A stretch of 61,954 nucleotides of DNA, the filler included, from Choristocarpus tenellus KU-1152 (Eukaryota > Protista > Phaeophyceae), in the NCBI GenBank assembly GCA_964200185.2. It is 12 parts of 12 records of this genome, joined end to end, with 100 filler letters (N's around TTAATTAATTAA, not from the genome) between each part and the next. Parts side by side here need not be neighbours in the genome. Positions count along the whole stretch, not along the records: positions 13,221 to 15,804 come from CAXNAD020026538.1; positions 15,905 to 18,959 come from CAXNAD020022636.1; positions 19,060 to 22,053 come from CAXNAD020023063.1; positions 22,154 to 28,066 come from CAXNAD020009433.1; 8 more parts are not named here. The stretch is one strand, 5' to 3'. Positions 13,537-26,245 of this stretch are shown here, in pieces. The translations under genes and the position numbers were made by a program. Position 1 is the stretch's first letter. Each line of letters starts with the position of its first letter. The notes under the pieces are model-generated. The model worked only from the letters and a program-made list of their open reading frames with translations. It was not told the origin of the DNA and did no database searches.

Positions 13537-13783
13537 GAGTCAAAGAGAAAGAGAGAGGTACCCAGGGTTGCATTCTAAGGGCGCTGACAAAGTATGAGCA
13601 AATTTCGAATTTACGTACAAAATACTTGTGGGAATTTCTCGTCAAGTAGAGAAATCAACGCTTGCAATTAAATCTTACTGCTTCATTCACCGAAATAAAA
13701 GTTAGTGAATCAGAGAAAACGATAAAAATGGATTTAAATGGAAGACGGTCCAAAACCTGGGTACCTCTTGTTAATTTTGACTC
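13537..13783. mobile_element. MITE family C
   Basis: GAGTCAAAG..GAGAGGTACCCAGG ... CCTGGGTACCTCT..TTTGACTC. Confidence 0.85.
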
Positions 13784-14116
13784 CACAAATAGTAATGAAA
13801 TAGATGATGAATACTAATACTCGGTTTCAAGTAGCAAAGAACACATTCAGATAGCTCAGATTTCGTAGGTGTCCCCTTCCCCCTGCTCTGCACACACACC
13901 TTGGTGATAGTGTCATCAATCCTTTGGGGCCATTGAAGGGGCTTCACTGGTATTTCAAGGTTGACAACATGCTTCTCAGGAGAGTTGTCATCCGTCACAG
14001 ATGACGTTGAATCACTTCTTGCAACCTGTGCTGGTGGTTTAAAGGTTTGTGTTGGAGATAGCAGTAGTTGTGCGCTTGATGCTTGTCAAGGAGCCCTTGT
14101 AAAGAGTTGGTACAAT

Positions 14117-14298
14117 GGCTCAAAGTATCTGAGGGGGGGGGGTGGAGGCTGTCCATTTGGAGTCAATTTTCTCATGTCGCAATTTTTGGGTGATCTGGTT
14201 GCATAGGTCTGATGGATAATGTAAATGCAGTTTTCTTGATTTTGACCCAAATGGACACCCTGGTGTAGATGCCCCTCCCCCCCCAGGTACTGTGGGTC
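14117..14298 (-). mobile_element. MITE family A (complete)
   Basis: GGCTCAAAGTATCTGAG(n)...C(n)AGGTACTGTGGGTC; inner inverted repeat GTCCATTTGG/CCAAATGGAC; TSD AAT/AAT. Confidence 0.9.
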
Positions 14299-14858
14299 AA
14301 TAGGAAATTGTTTTCTGTAATTTTTGATCTGTAGCTCAATTGGAATGGGCTCAGGGTTGTACTCAGCTGAGCAGAATATCATTGTTGCCCAGGGTCACGC
14401 TTTGTCCTGCTAACCCGAACCTTAACCCTAACCCTAGATTGCTCTAAAAGGAAAGGAATGGCGATTACCTTCAAGTATATTTGGTAAGCACGTTCTACAA
14501 CACATTTGGCTCAAATTTCATGTATCTGCTTGACATTCTTTACCTGCAATAGTCTGCTTGTAAGGCATAGACTTCGCTGATGATGAAGGAACATCCTACA
14601 GTGTTCATGACAAAGGTGATGCAAGGCCCAGAATGAAGTGATCATCAGCCCAGGGCATTGGATGATTATACTTGTATTCCCATAGTGCCTGGATTGATCT
14701 GGGAATATCGATTTCTTTATCATGCCACTCCATCTTTAGCTGTCTCCCAATCATCTATACTTCATTTTTGAACCAACCAACACAAAATGTCCATCCCTCT
14801 ATCTTGTTGAGTTGCAACACATTTGATCTGCGGTTTCTAATTTATTGACCTCACTTTC

Positions 14859-15122
14859 GAGTCGAAGTACCTTAGGGTTAGGGTAGACCTGCGTCCGTTT
14901 GGGGGACCAAGATCCAATGTTGCGATTTTGTTGTAATTTTGGCTATCGTGTTTGTTAGGAAGTGTCAATATCCTTGTTCCAGACACACATGTCCATAACG
15001 TACACATTTTATCTACTCCTAAACATTTTGGAGTAGAAAAAAGGTCATAAAAAACCCGTGGGAAGCCAAGCCCCAAATGGAAAAACAGGGCAAAACCTTT
15101 ACCCTCTAAGATACTTTCATTC
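14859..15122 (-). mobile_element. MITE family B (complete)
   Basis: Reverse-complement homologue of 44540-44797 and 58590-58851. Confidence 0.9.
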
Positions 15123-15704
15123 TCTACCTCTGGAAGAGGTCTGATATTGTGCTGGTCAACAGAGTCCATTGGCCGATCTTGAATATTGTTGGTGGCGTCA
15201 ACAGGCACCAGATGTCCCTTCTCCAAGTTGACTGTGGCAATTGCAGCATCGATGGTAGAAGAGGGAGGGCGATAGCGTGACTCCTTGCACCCTTCCTCTT
15301 TTCGATGCTTACAACGCCGTTGCTGTTCGAAAAATTTAGGGTTAGGGTTAAAAAAGCGCACACAGTGTGGTGAGGATTTTGTGCTTTGTAATCAGAGACC
15401 GGAGGTGGAGGAGAGTAGTCCAATCCCTTACCCTTTACGTACGAGGTGTGATTTGGTCACCCCACCCATTGACAACAATTTGCCGAAATTCTGAGTGTTC
15501 AACACTTCAAATGTTGGTGTTGGAGCTGCTATCACTAACTGAGCTAGCATGCACTAGTAGAGCAGGCATGTCTTTGCCTGTGGAGGATCTTTCAGGAACA
15601 TGTGAGATGTCTTTGGGTATGCAGCAAGACAGTAACATTATTGGAGCACAGCACAGTGCTTCAAGTTCCATCAAGAGATTAGTTCAAAGTCCGTTTTATA
15701 TACT

Positions 15705-15804
15705 GACCCAAAGTATCTGGGGGGGGGGGGGGGGGGGGGGGGCAAAAAGCGGATGTGTTGTGTCAAACAAAAAAAAAAAAAGCGGGTATTTTTCATAAAT
15801 AAAG
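15705..15804 (+). mobile_element. MITE family A terminus, noisy after poly-G
   Basis: GACCCAAAGTATCTG(n). Confidence 0.7.
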
Positions 15805-15904
15805 NNNNNNNNNNNNNNNNNNNNNNNNNNNNNNNNNNNNNNNNNNNNTTAATTAATTAANNNNNNNNNNNNNNNNNNNNNNNNNNNNNNNNNNNNNNNN
15901 NNNN
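15805..15904. other. artificial contig spacer
   Basis: N44-TTAATTAATTAA-N44. Confidence 0.98.
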
Positions 15905-16049
15905 CCAGGGTGTCCATTTGGACCAAAATCAGATAAAGTGCATTTTCATTATCCATCGGACGTACGCAACCAAATCACCCAAAAATCGCGACATGAAACA
16001 ATTGACCCCAAACGGACAGCCGCCACCCCCCCCTCAGATACTATCAGCC
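15905..16049 (+). mobile_element. MITE family A (partial)
   Basis: Homologous to 24884-25063; ends CTCAGATACTATCAGCC. Confidence 0.85.
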
Positions 16050-16129
16050 GATGTGTTTGTCTGTTTCCACTGAGACTACCATTGCGATGTGTGTGAGTGA
16101 TGATTCTATTAGAGTGTTAGCAGATGAGC

Positions 16130-17160
16130 TTCCTCAAGAACCCAAGACTGTAAGAGCAGCAGGTAGCTCTCCCTAATGTGATTTGTGGGATTGAGCTAGA
16201 GCAGAAGGGATGTCTGATTTGTTGTTGAATAATATTGGGGTGGGGGATGTATTACCCCCCGGATGTGGAGTAAAATTGATTATTAGTGAGGTAGTCAGAT
16301 ACAAGGCACGTTTGGCAGCAAAGTATTTTTCACAGATTGAGGGGTTAGATTACCAAGATACCTTTGCTCCAACACCGTCACCTGCATCTTTGAGAATGGT
16401 TTTAGCACTAGCTGCAGACAAAGATTGGGAAATTGAAGGATTGGGATGTTAAGCAGGCTTTTATAGAAGCAGAAATTAGTGAAGAAATATTTGTTCGTTT
16501 ATGTGATGGATGTGGTTCATGGTCAGGAAAGATAGTGCGTGTAGTGAAAGCTCTTTACGGCACTAAACAAGTTAGCAGGGAGTTTAATAATTTGTTGGTG
16601 CACATTATGGAACAATGTGGTTTTGAGCGTTGCAGAGCGGATCCCTGTGTGTTACGCTATGTTTGAAATGGCGCTGTTTGTGCTGAATGCTCCCTCATGT
16701 TGACGATCTTATGGTGGCAGGAATACCTGGTGTTTTGATTTGGGTTCCAGAAACAAGGAGCAGCTTTCAACATAAGATTTTTTTGTCCTTAAATACTACA
16801 TGGGTTGTGAGATATCGCAGCACAGAATTGCTAAGACAGTTAGCATTGGTCAGACTAAGTACATTAGACATTAGGAGGATTTGTCAAGGATTTGGTATGG
16901 ATGGTGCAAAGAAGAGGGCGGCACCCTATGATCTCTCAAGGACCTTAGACAAGAATGAGGATCATCCAAGTGTTGATGAAAATATCCCATACAGAGAGGC
17001 AGTTGGTAGTTTGATGTTGCAGCTGTCATGACCAGGTCAGACATTGTAAATGCAGTTCGTGAGGTTGCCAAGTATAGTAGTAATCTCAAAGTCACACATT
17101 GGGATGCAGTAAAGTATATTTAGTATGTTTGAATACGTGTCCAAGTGTTGGATTGATTTT
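16130..17160 (+). pseudogene. Ty1/copia reverse transcriptase remnant
   Basis: EPKT, YKARL(A)A..FSQIEGLDYQDTFAP, DVKQAF, KALYG(T)KQ, ADPCV, HVDDL, PYREAVGSLM, TRSDI, HWDAVK; stops and frameshifts. Confidence 0.95.
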
Positions 17161-18959
17161 TTGTGAGCCTTTCCTGGGCGAACCTTCAACGTCCATCATA
17201 TGGTCCAAATTTAGAGCCCGTAACCAGGAGAAATGGCGATATCCCCAGGTTGGTTAAAGCTGAAGAGGCGTAGGTCATAGCCCAGTGGACGTTTTTGTCT
17301 GGCCCAATTTCGCATACCAGAAGCATGGACCTGAACTTGAGCGTACACTTTATGGAATTATCTGATCTGTGCAGCGGCTAACAACACAGACGATTGGGAA
17401 AATTATAATACTTCCACGCTGTATCAATAACGAGAGATTCATCATATGAATCAACCACGATACGTAAGGGCTAGGGTATCAACAGGTTATTCACTATCTC
17501 TACATCATATACGAATGTTTGAAAGATCAGAATTTCTTATGAAGAACGAACTGCTTTCAATTTATTTTGAATATTTGTGAGTGTGACCAGAAGGGTGTGA
17601 TATATTTCCTACATAGTGCTTCCTGATGTTGCTTGTAGTAAGTGTAGAGGGTTGAGAACAATAACCAAATATAGTGCAAAAAATATTTTGAGGAGTATCA
17701 CTTGAATGCATCGCTCACCATTATCTTTGCATGATGTATTATGTACATCCCACACCAAATCAAAACGATCTTCATAGTACCTTAATAGAAGTAGTAGAGA
17801 TTTGCTCAGTTTCTTGGAAAGTGATGTTTTTATTGTTGCATTATGTTCGTAATAGTACATAATTAGTATTGTTAGATTAACTCAAACTTTTTTCATGTAG
17901 TCGATTATAATCCAAGTGTATATGCAGGGGACGAATTGAATGAGGAGTGCAAGCCACGGAGGTCAGCGATAATAGCACCCAATGCGCGTTTGGGTGAAGA
18001 ATATTGATTCAACATCACTCCACAATTTTCCGATTCAGTTCATATTCGTCATCTTCAATCAAATCGTATTGATTCAACAACGATTCACAACCCTATACTA
18101 GTGAGTATAAAAATATCATGACAACAACAATATCAAAGATTTATGGTGGTACTAAGTTGTAGCGAAATAGTGGTCAAAGTGGGTACCATGTATCCTTCTT
18201 CCAACATCAGTGTATAAATTTCGATAGTGTTAGAGGACACATACGGCACTTGTTTCATGACATCACCTTCTACAAGACTGTTGAACGTTGTCCCTCTATG
18301 GTTGAGGATGGTAGTAGTACTTTACATGAACCCAATGCGGTATACACTACCTACTATAGGGCATCATAAAGAGTGAGACAGGGGAATTGGACAATAGCAC
18401 CAGTCATCAGCTAGGATGTTGCAAACAAGGTAATCAAGCTTGCACTGAAAGAGTGAAAGCCAGGACAGGACCAAACAACTGCTTCAGTCACCAGGAGGAA
18501 AAAAAACGTATTGCTGAATTTGGAGCAGGTATTCCTCGGGAGCCTTGCCCACACAGTCCCTACTACAAAGACATGCGTTTATGCATTGAGTCATCACATC
18601 AAAGCTCGAATATTTGTATAAACATTTTGTGCACTGTGAGTGTTCAACCTGTCTGGGATGACTGTACCTTTTAAGAACAATGAACACTCAAGCTGGAGGC
18701 CATGACAGACAAAGGTATGGTGTAGGAGGAAGGGGCACCACAAGCATCAATCGATCAATGGGTAAGAGGGAGATGATTAAAGTGTGCAAACGGTGTCTTG
18801 GGTAACATACACCAATTGTAAGTTGGTAGAACATTGATTCAGGTGTGTGTCATTCTGTTGGTTGGTTGCTATATCATGTGGGTGAAGTTGGACTACTGCA
18901 TACCCCGAAGAAGGTCGGAATATTTTGGAGTCTTGCACCATCTATTCAAGGTGATGGTG

Positions 18960-19059
18960 NNNNNNNNNNNNNNNNNNNNNNNNNNNNNNNNNNNNNNNNN
19001 NNNTTAATTAATTAANNNNNNNNNNNNNNNNNNNNNNNNNNNNNNNNNNNNNNNNNNNN
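18960..19059. other. artificial contig spacer
   Basis: N44-TTAATTAATTAA-N44. Confidence 0.98.
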
Positions 19060-19166
19060 AGCAATCTCGCCAGGTTTATCACCTTTATGTTCTTTGATGA
19101 TTTTGGGGATACTTTAACACAAGTAACTCGACTCGTACTTCAACAAGAACTGAAACGACTGAAGCC

Positions 19167-21724
19167 CTATTTCAGTTGGTGGGCGGAGTCGAAACGGCAT
19201 TCCTCACCCTTCTCCCACCACTCTACAAGCTTCAGGTATGCCTCGGTTAGAGGGTGCTAGAGATTTACCTGCGTGGAGTACCTGTCGTTCCACGGTTCGG
19301 GCTTCACGAGTCTCATGAAGATGGCCTTTCTTTCATGGAGTGCTACCGCATGCTCGGGACACAACGTGCTGCTGGGCTTCCCTCCACAACCGCTGAGTTT
19401 TAGCTGTGTGGGCTCATGGACGTAGCAGCCATCCCCGAATACAAGATTTTGGTCGCTCTGCCAGCCTTGATGAGCCTGAACCCATGGTCGTATATGACAT
19501 GGGTAGGGATTTGGGTTTGAATTCGGTACTGCGACGAAGTGGGTTTTGTTGCCGATTGTAGGAGCTTGGTAACGCATGCCTCCATGAAGGCTTCGGTGAT
19601 CCCCATGACGGATGCATTGCCGGAGTCGACCGCGTCCTGCGTCACGACGTCGTCATCAACATGTGCAGACGTTTTGTCATCATCCTCATGCCTTGTAATA
19701 TATGGCGCTGCATTTTCCGCGTCTCCGCCCTTTCTGGGAGAAGCAAAGACGTCCGCAAAAAGGCTAGGTTCTAAATCACGTCCGTCATTTTCACGAGGCT
19801 GTTTGAACGGTCTGATCCGTCCAGCATCTTCTCTCAACCTCTTCTTCCTGATGACCGTCGTTTTGGCCTTCCCTTTACCTTTTGCGAAAGGCTTGTCCCT
19901 ACGTGAGGAACCTGATGATGTCAAATCAACCCTTGGTGTTGTTGACTCGGCATGGGCGTAGTTCACACTTCGCTCCACAGTATCGTCATTCCTGTTCCCT
20001 CTACCCGTTGGGTTAGGATGGACGGACTCGTCGCCGCTGCTGCCCACCGCATGGACGTTTGGGGACCTTCCAGGGTCACTCCTGACAGGCATGGACTCTG
20101 AGTCCGTGCCTAGCCGCCCCCCCACCTCTACCTGGACATCTTCCTCTGGACATGACAAAGCGCTACAATCAGGCCGGTCCCCATCGCCTTCAGAGTCATG
20201 TTCTGAGGGTGTGGTTGGATGTCTTCCCTGATGGAGTGTCCTGCTTCCCACATCTACTGTAGGGTTAGGGGATGGTGTCTCCTGTTCCTCTTCATCATCT
20301 AGTGGGTTGAGCTCTCCATAAGGTATAGGCGTGGATACGCCATCAGCTATTGGTGTCTTCACTAGTGAAAAATTGTGGAAGGTGGAGACTTTGTCAATGA
20401 GGAGTTGGGTACGATCTGGATCATGGTTGTCCCTGAGGGCGGTGCATGTGATTACGATGCCTCCTGGTCGGGTCTGGAGAAGGACAACTGCTCTCTCGTG
20501 GGCGGCGCTCGTTTCGGACTTGAACTTGTCAAGGTCGTGCTCGGACGTGGCGTTTTTCTCTGGCGTGATCACAATGCTTGTGACGTGTTATCTCTGTATT
20601 GGTGGACGAGTAGGCAAAGGACGAGGCGATGTAGGAGGCAAAACAACAGGAAGAAGGGTTAGCTTTATGTGGCAGAGGATGAGGCAGAGGTTGAAAATGA
20701 GTAAGCCAAGGAGGATATAGAAGAGGAGGCAAAGGCTGAGGAAAAGATGGGAGGAAAGGAGTACGTTTGACATATTTAGGGGGATTCTTTGAGCCCATAA
20801 ATCAGGAAGACAAGTAGGGCTTGTAACATAGGGTTAAGGGGATGCGTATAGGAATATAGGACATGAACCACGACATAATTTCCCGGTCTGCGCTGGGTTG
20901 TGTCGATCGACACAACACAGCGAATGTATGAATATATATGTTCGACGAGCATCTTCGGAACATATAAAACTCGAGAACCCTGCGTCAGTGTACAGTGTGA
21001 AACTGTCCAATGTCGGTAAGATCTGTGAGAGTCGAGGCGATGTGTTTGGTGTAGGGAATGATGTGTGATGTGTTCACGTGTGGTGATGTTGTACAATGAT
21101 GTAATTGCTTGCCTGCATGTTCGCCACTGGTGTTCAGGGTAACGTCCTCTGAGTATTTGACGATGTCCAGGAAGACTGTACCCTCCTCCACATCCTCCCG
21201 CAACACGAGGTCCCCTTTTACCCTTTCGATTTTATGGGGTAAAATTAATGTGCGCGATCAGAGCATTTATTGTGAGGTGGCTTTTTACGAACTCAAATAC
21301 GCTGGACAGATGAGAGGATGAACCTCACACTCCCTTGGGTACCTCTTCGCTCAGGACGTATTTTTTCTTTGGAGCAGGCTCTTCTGAAGACCCGGCTGAG
21401 GAGTCATCGGCGTAGGGGTCGATCCCGAGCTCGTCTTTCCTCTTGAGGTCGTTCATGACCTGCACAGTGACCTCCAGGACAGCCCTTTTGATGAGGACAT
21501 CCTTGGTATGCATTCTCCTCAAGTATGCCCTTTTGATCTTCTACGGTTGTGATGCCCATTCTTCCTCGACCTGGGCAGCAGATGCAGGGTCTGGATTGCC
21601 GTCCCCTGGTCTGTTGTTCCCCTTTCCTCGCGTCCTCTTCTTCTTTCCTTCGTCAGGGTCGGCTGGGGGTCGTTTGTTCCGGACGCCCCTTAGAGTGGTC
21701 GAGAACTGTCATGGAGGAGCGCAT
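19167..21724 (-). pseudogene. disrupted gene of unknown family, probably transposon-borne
   Basis: 390-aa ORF 19400-20572; frameshifted Cys/His-rich tail (CYVH..GC..CPEH) ending at TAG 19167-19169; upstream coding-like blocks 21113-21724 with a basic NLS-like stretch; 3' end repeated at 6376-6453. Confidence 0.55.
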
Positions 21725-21981
21725 GGATAGTGGAATGGTAAATCACATGTATGACTTGGGTGTCTGCCTTGCGAGGCACAAACTTGACGGTAAATATTGC
21801 AGTTGTGCAGGGTCAGCAGGGGCTATATATGCACATGCATGTATACGTGGGGTGAATTGTCACAGACAAAGCTTGATTTACCCATTCCTCTGGAAATGTC
21901 TCTGTCCCGACAACATACGACAATGAGAGCGCGTCAGTAGGTAGTCTTTTGACTGCCTGCTCTGAAAAGCTTTTGCAACCA

Positions 21982-22053
21982 GACCCAAAGTATCTGGGGG
22001 GGGGGGGGGGGGCACAACCGGGGTGCCCCTTTGAAACATAAAGAGGAAAAAGG
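21982..22053 (+). mobile_element. MITE family A terminus
   Basis: GACCCAAAGTATCTG(n). Confidence 0.75.
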
Positions 22054-22153
22054 NNNNNNNNNNNNNNNNNNNNNNNNNNNNNNNNNNNNNNNNNNNNTTA
22101 ATTAATTAANNNNNNNNNNNNNNNNNNNNNNNNNNNNNNNNNNNNNNNNNNNN
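22054..22153. other. artificial contig spacer
   Basis: N44-TTAATTAATTAA-N44. Confidence 0.98.
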
Positions 22154-22224
22154 CACTTTTCCTGATTTTGGTCCAAATGGACACCCTGGTCTAGACCCCC
22201 CCCCCCTCCCAGATACTTTGGGTC
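22154..22224 (-). mobile_element. MITE family A (partial)
   Basis: CCAAATGGACACCCTGG..C(n)AGATACTTTGGGTC. Confidence 0.85.
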
Positions 22225-22368
22225 TGTATATATATATATAGAGAGAGATTCATGGCCAAACAACCTAGACCGCAGTAACACCTACACCTTCTGCTACACT
22301 TCAACGTGCCCCACGCCTGCATCTCTATTCGTCCGGCTGCCCTTCCCCTTTCCACACACCTCAATCAG

Positions 22369-22710
22369 GCCTTCCTCCATGTGCCAACGAATTCAATCCT
22401 CCACTGATTGGCAGGATGACCCCAAGACCCTCGCAAGGGAAGGTGATCTGTTGATAGGATGGCAACGCCTATACCCAGTCCCCAGTGTTGAAAGGGAAGA
22501 CGAGGAGCGAGCCACTGCAGGGAGAGAAAATAACTCTGAGGGTAAGGATGTTGAAGGAGGGCAGGGGGTGGAGACAGGTGCCCCCCAAATAGAAGGGAAA
22601 GATGCCACTGGGGGTGATGCAGGCGGTAGTGGACAAAGAGCTGCTGGCACAGGAGGGACCAAGGAAGGATCAAAGAGCAGAAAGTCAAACGATTTCATTG
22701 GCATGATCCG
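22369..22710 (+). CDS. internal exon, hypothetical protein
   Basis: Pyrimidine tract + CAG acceptor, open frame (PSSMCQR...NDFIGMIR), GTGAGT donor; 342 nt, phase 2-2. Confidence 0.6.
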
Positions 22711-24883
22711 GTGAGTTTGCAACTTGGAAAGGATTCGTAATAGATACATGTATACTCTGGAGGATATATTTGTGTGTGAGTGTGTAAGGTTGTAATGTAT
22801 TTGCCCAAACCTTTTCTCATGTTATAACTGCAGGTTCTGATGTGTACTTAGTACAAGAAGAGGAAGATGTATTGACACTCCGTAGTACTGTGATATGGAT
22901 GAGGTGATTGGATCACATTCTCTTGGAAGTTTGAGATCCTTGTTTGAGTTGTTTGTGCACTACAGTAGGACTTCAAGATCATACTTTGAACTCGCTTGAT
23001 TTGATTGCAGTTTCACCAGGAATGTTCAGTTCAAGTGTGTGTTTCAGGGTGACGGATCGCACTATCAAGTCTCTTATCGATATTGCTATTTACATACACT
23101 CAATTGGTCTGTAGGGTTGGTGTGGTCTCAAGTAGTACAGCTCGGCTTCCATTGTGCATACTGCCACTGTGGGGTGCCTGCAACCACATTCCCATCAACA
23201 TGTTAAAACCATTTCTACCATAGCAAGACATTGTAAGGTACCTACACAAGTACCCTGAGGAGTGCTTCAAAAATCACATTTTTCTTCCATTTACACTTGA
23301 GCAATATATTAGGTGTGACAGGCGGACTCCATGCCAAGGCTAATGGACAGCAACCCTCGAAGAACCTCTGCTGTTGTATACTCAGTGTCCTTAACTCCTG
23401 AACAATGCCTGATACTGCTAACCTGCCCTAGTAGCACACTACTGCACTGCTGTCATCTGCAGAGAGTATTCCAACTATGCCAGTCTATCTCACTACCTTC
23501 CTACCACCTTTGGGCCGGTGCTGTGGAACGGAAATGCTGTTTGTTGTGTTTCAGGCATGCTTTCGAGGAGGACAGAAAAATGATGATGCGGTTACAATGC
23601 CCCCTGCAACAACAGCGTGGGAGCAGCACAATGGACTTCCATTCGTGTGTTGTAAGATAATCCATGATTTCATTCCTCTCTTGTGGTGTTTTTCACCTGA
23701 TAGATCACTACAATATCCCCTCAAGTCTCCTCCACGGCAGAGGGAAGGGGGGGGGAAGGGGGAGCACCACCAGGTGCCCCTGACTACATGACAAAGGATC
23801 AAAGGATTGTCCTCTCGTGGAAGATTGGGCATGGGCAAGGGTTTAAGGGAAGGATAGCAGAATGAACGACTTTGTCCGCTGTCTTTGGCAAATGCAGAGT
23901 CATAAATTCTGTTGGATCGTTGTCCCATTGTACAGGGAGCAAAAAGAGGGTTTGCCATGCTGGCAGGTGTCAGCTTCAACCCTTTTTTTTTCTTCTTTGT
24001 CTCTGTCATTCTCTAATTTTATCCATCAGTGCCCATTGAGTTCCAGACATTTTTCTTGACCCTCCATGTTCTCAACCTTGTCCCCTCCAAACCGGCCCTA
24101 TAGAGTCAGGGCCTCACCCATCCTCTCCACCCCCCTATGGATTCCTTCGTCATTGTGTACCTCTTGGAACACATGATCCATCTTGTCCATGTGCTTCCCA
24201 GCAGCAAATGGAAAGGCTTCCCCCCATCGGGCAACAGTGGGGGCAGGTGATTGATTAGTGTGTGAGTTTGTGTGCTGATTCCTCATACTAGGGTTTTGCC
24301 TTCCAACAATCTAAGTAAGTGTACTACCAGCAGTAACTGCTTCCATCTGTTCACCAGCAAGATTGAGACTAAAAGAGTTCAGTCTACTTCAAAGCAGTTT
24401 CTTCTGGATGTATAAGATCTCCTTGTCTCCCCAGCTAAACTGCACTCCTCCTCCCACACATGTTTGTACTTAAGACTGTGGGTCCCCGGTGGATGAAGGG
24501 TTCGGGTATGAATGGCTTCTCATCAGCTATTGTCAAGGCTCCAGCAAAGAGAGAGGTGAGTCGTACACACCAGAATGATAGAGATCTCAAGAGAAAGACA
24601 GTCAATTTGCATAATTGTCTTGTTTCCTCCCTTTCCACCCAAAAGTTAAAATTTCACAATTATTTGGACCAGACACACTCAGTGATATGGCAAGGCGATT
24701 TCACCACTGTTAGTCGGGTTTCAGCATATACTTCAACTGTACATGATCCACTCTGCCTATAGAGCCCTCTTCCTCCAACGTCTTCCCTTACTCCCACCTT
24801 GTCAATCAATATTGACAGTAGTCTTACCCTCTTATCCTATATAGTCCAATGTATGCGAAGCCTGTATATACACCTTTATCAAA

Positions 24884-25063
24884 GGGTCGAAGTATCTGAG
24901 GCCGGGGGGGGGGTCTACACCAAGGTGTCCATTTGGGCCCTGACCAGGAGAAGTGAACTTACATTATCCATCCGATGCATGCAACCAAATCACACAAGAA
25001 TCGCAACATGAAAAAATGGGCCCCAAATGGACAGCCGCCACCCCATCCCAGATACTCTGAGCC
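24884..25063 (+). mobile_element. MITE family A (complete)
   Basis: GGGTCGAAGTATCTGAGG...CCAGATACTCTGAGCC; TSD AAA/AAA. Confidence 0.9.
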
Positions 25064-25164
25064 AAACACCCCCCCCCTACAGTAGACACCAAGGCACAAC
25101 ACAGAGACTCAGTGCAACTCCTTTAATGCAAATATACCCTGCTGTTTTGTGTGCATGGCAGCAG

Positions 25165-25206
25165 GAACGAGCACCCGTGGTCGCAGGCCCTGAGCAGCAG
25201 GCCAAG
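25165..25206 (+). CDS. candidate next exon of the same hypothetical gene
   Basis: CAG..GTACGC boundaries, 42 nt; phase 2-2 fits 22369-22710 and gives R-NEHPWSQALSSRP. Confidence 0.4.
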
Positions 25207-26245
25207 GTACGCATTTGTGTGCTTTACATTGCCTTTGCTCTCATGAAATACTCCATGACAAGGCTGGTGCAAATATGCTTCATCTATACCAAGTTCCTGA
25301 TACATGCTGCTACTGTGGCTTCACCTCTCAATTCTAGAAGTGTATATAACATTGTCTTTCCACCATCACACCATCCAGTGCTTGACATGCTTCTTGCACT
25401 GCAGGCGGAATGGCTAATGAAGGGGTACAGCTCTAGAGGTAGGAACTCCAGCCCTTCAGGCTCAATGGCCGACAAGGAGTCACATCTGCCCAACAATATC
25501 CTTAATGGGGTCATCCATGCAAAGGTGTGTGCATGAGTGGGTCATAGAGGAAGTGGTGCATAGTGGGTCAAGGTTGGTGTTGATGTGGAAGAGTTATGTA
25601 GGTTAAGTGGATATCAAGATTAGGATGGTAAGACAGGTTGAAGGGCGAAGACATTAGATTGTTTGAAGGTATCATACAGGAAATTCCACAAGTGAGAGCG
25701 TTGCTTTCAGTGACGTGTCTCCTAGCACTATTCATATCCAAAATGGTGCCAGTAGGAGGTAAAGCAGAGAGTTTGAGACTGTTGACACCAGGCATTCCAG
25801 TGCTCCAAAGTGATACAACCAGACAATGCTACGGTTGTTCTTGATGCTCTACAGCTTTGCTGTATTGATATTACAAAAGGGTTGGTATTAAAACGAGAGA
25901 CAAGGTGTGGAAAAGAAGAGAATCAGGAATAGAACAGCATTGTGGAGTGACCAGGTTTAAACTTCAACAAAGGCACGAAATGGATGTACAGGAGCAGTTC
26001 CTGTACCATACCATGCATAATGCTTGGTCAAAGGGCAGTGATGCCTGAGAAGAAGAAAATTACCATACAAGAACCAGGTCATACAGGGATGAAGGGGCCA
26101 CAGCCCACATGCAGTTCTAGGCATTATACAAGATAGTGTTTCAGTGTTTTGGTGTTGGAAACGTTTGTGAGTGTGATCTAACTCCCAGAAAGATGTCCCC
26201 TTTATTTCCATCCCTGTGATGATGACGGAATGTTTCTGTACTAGG

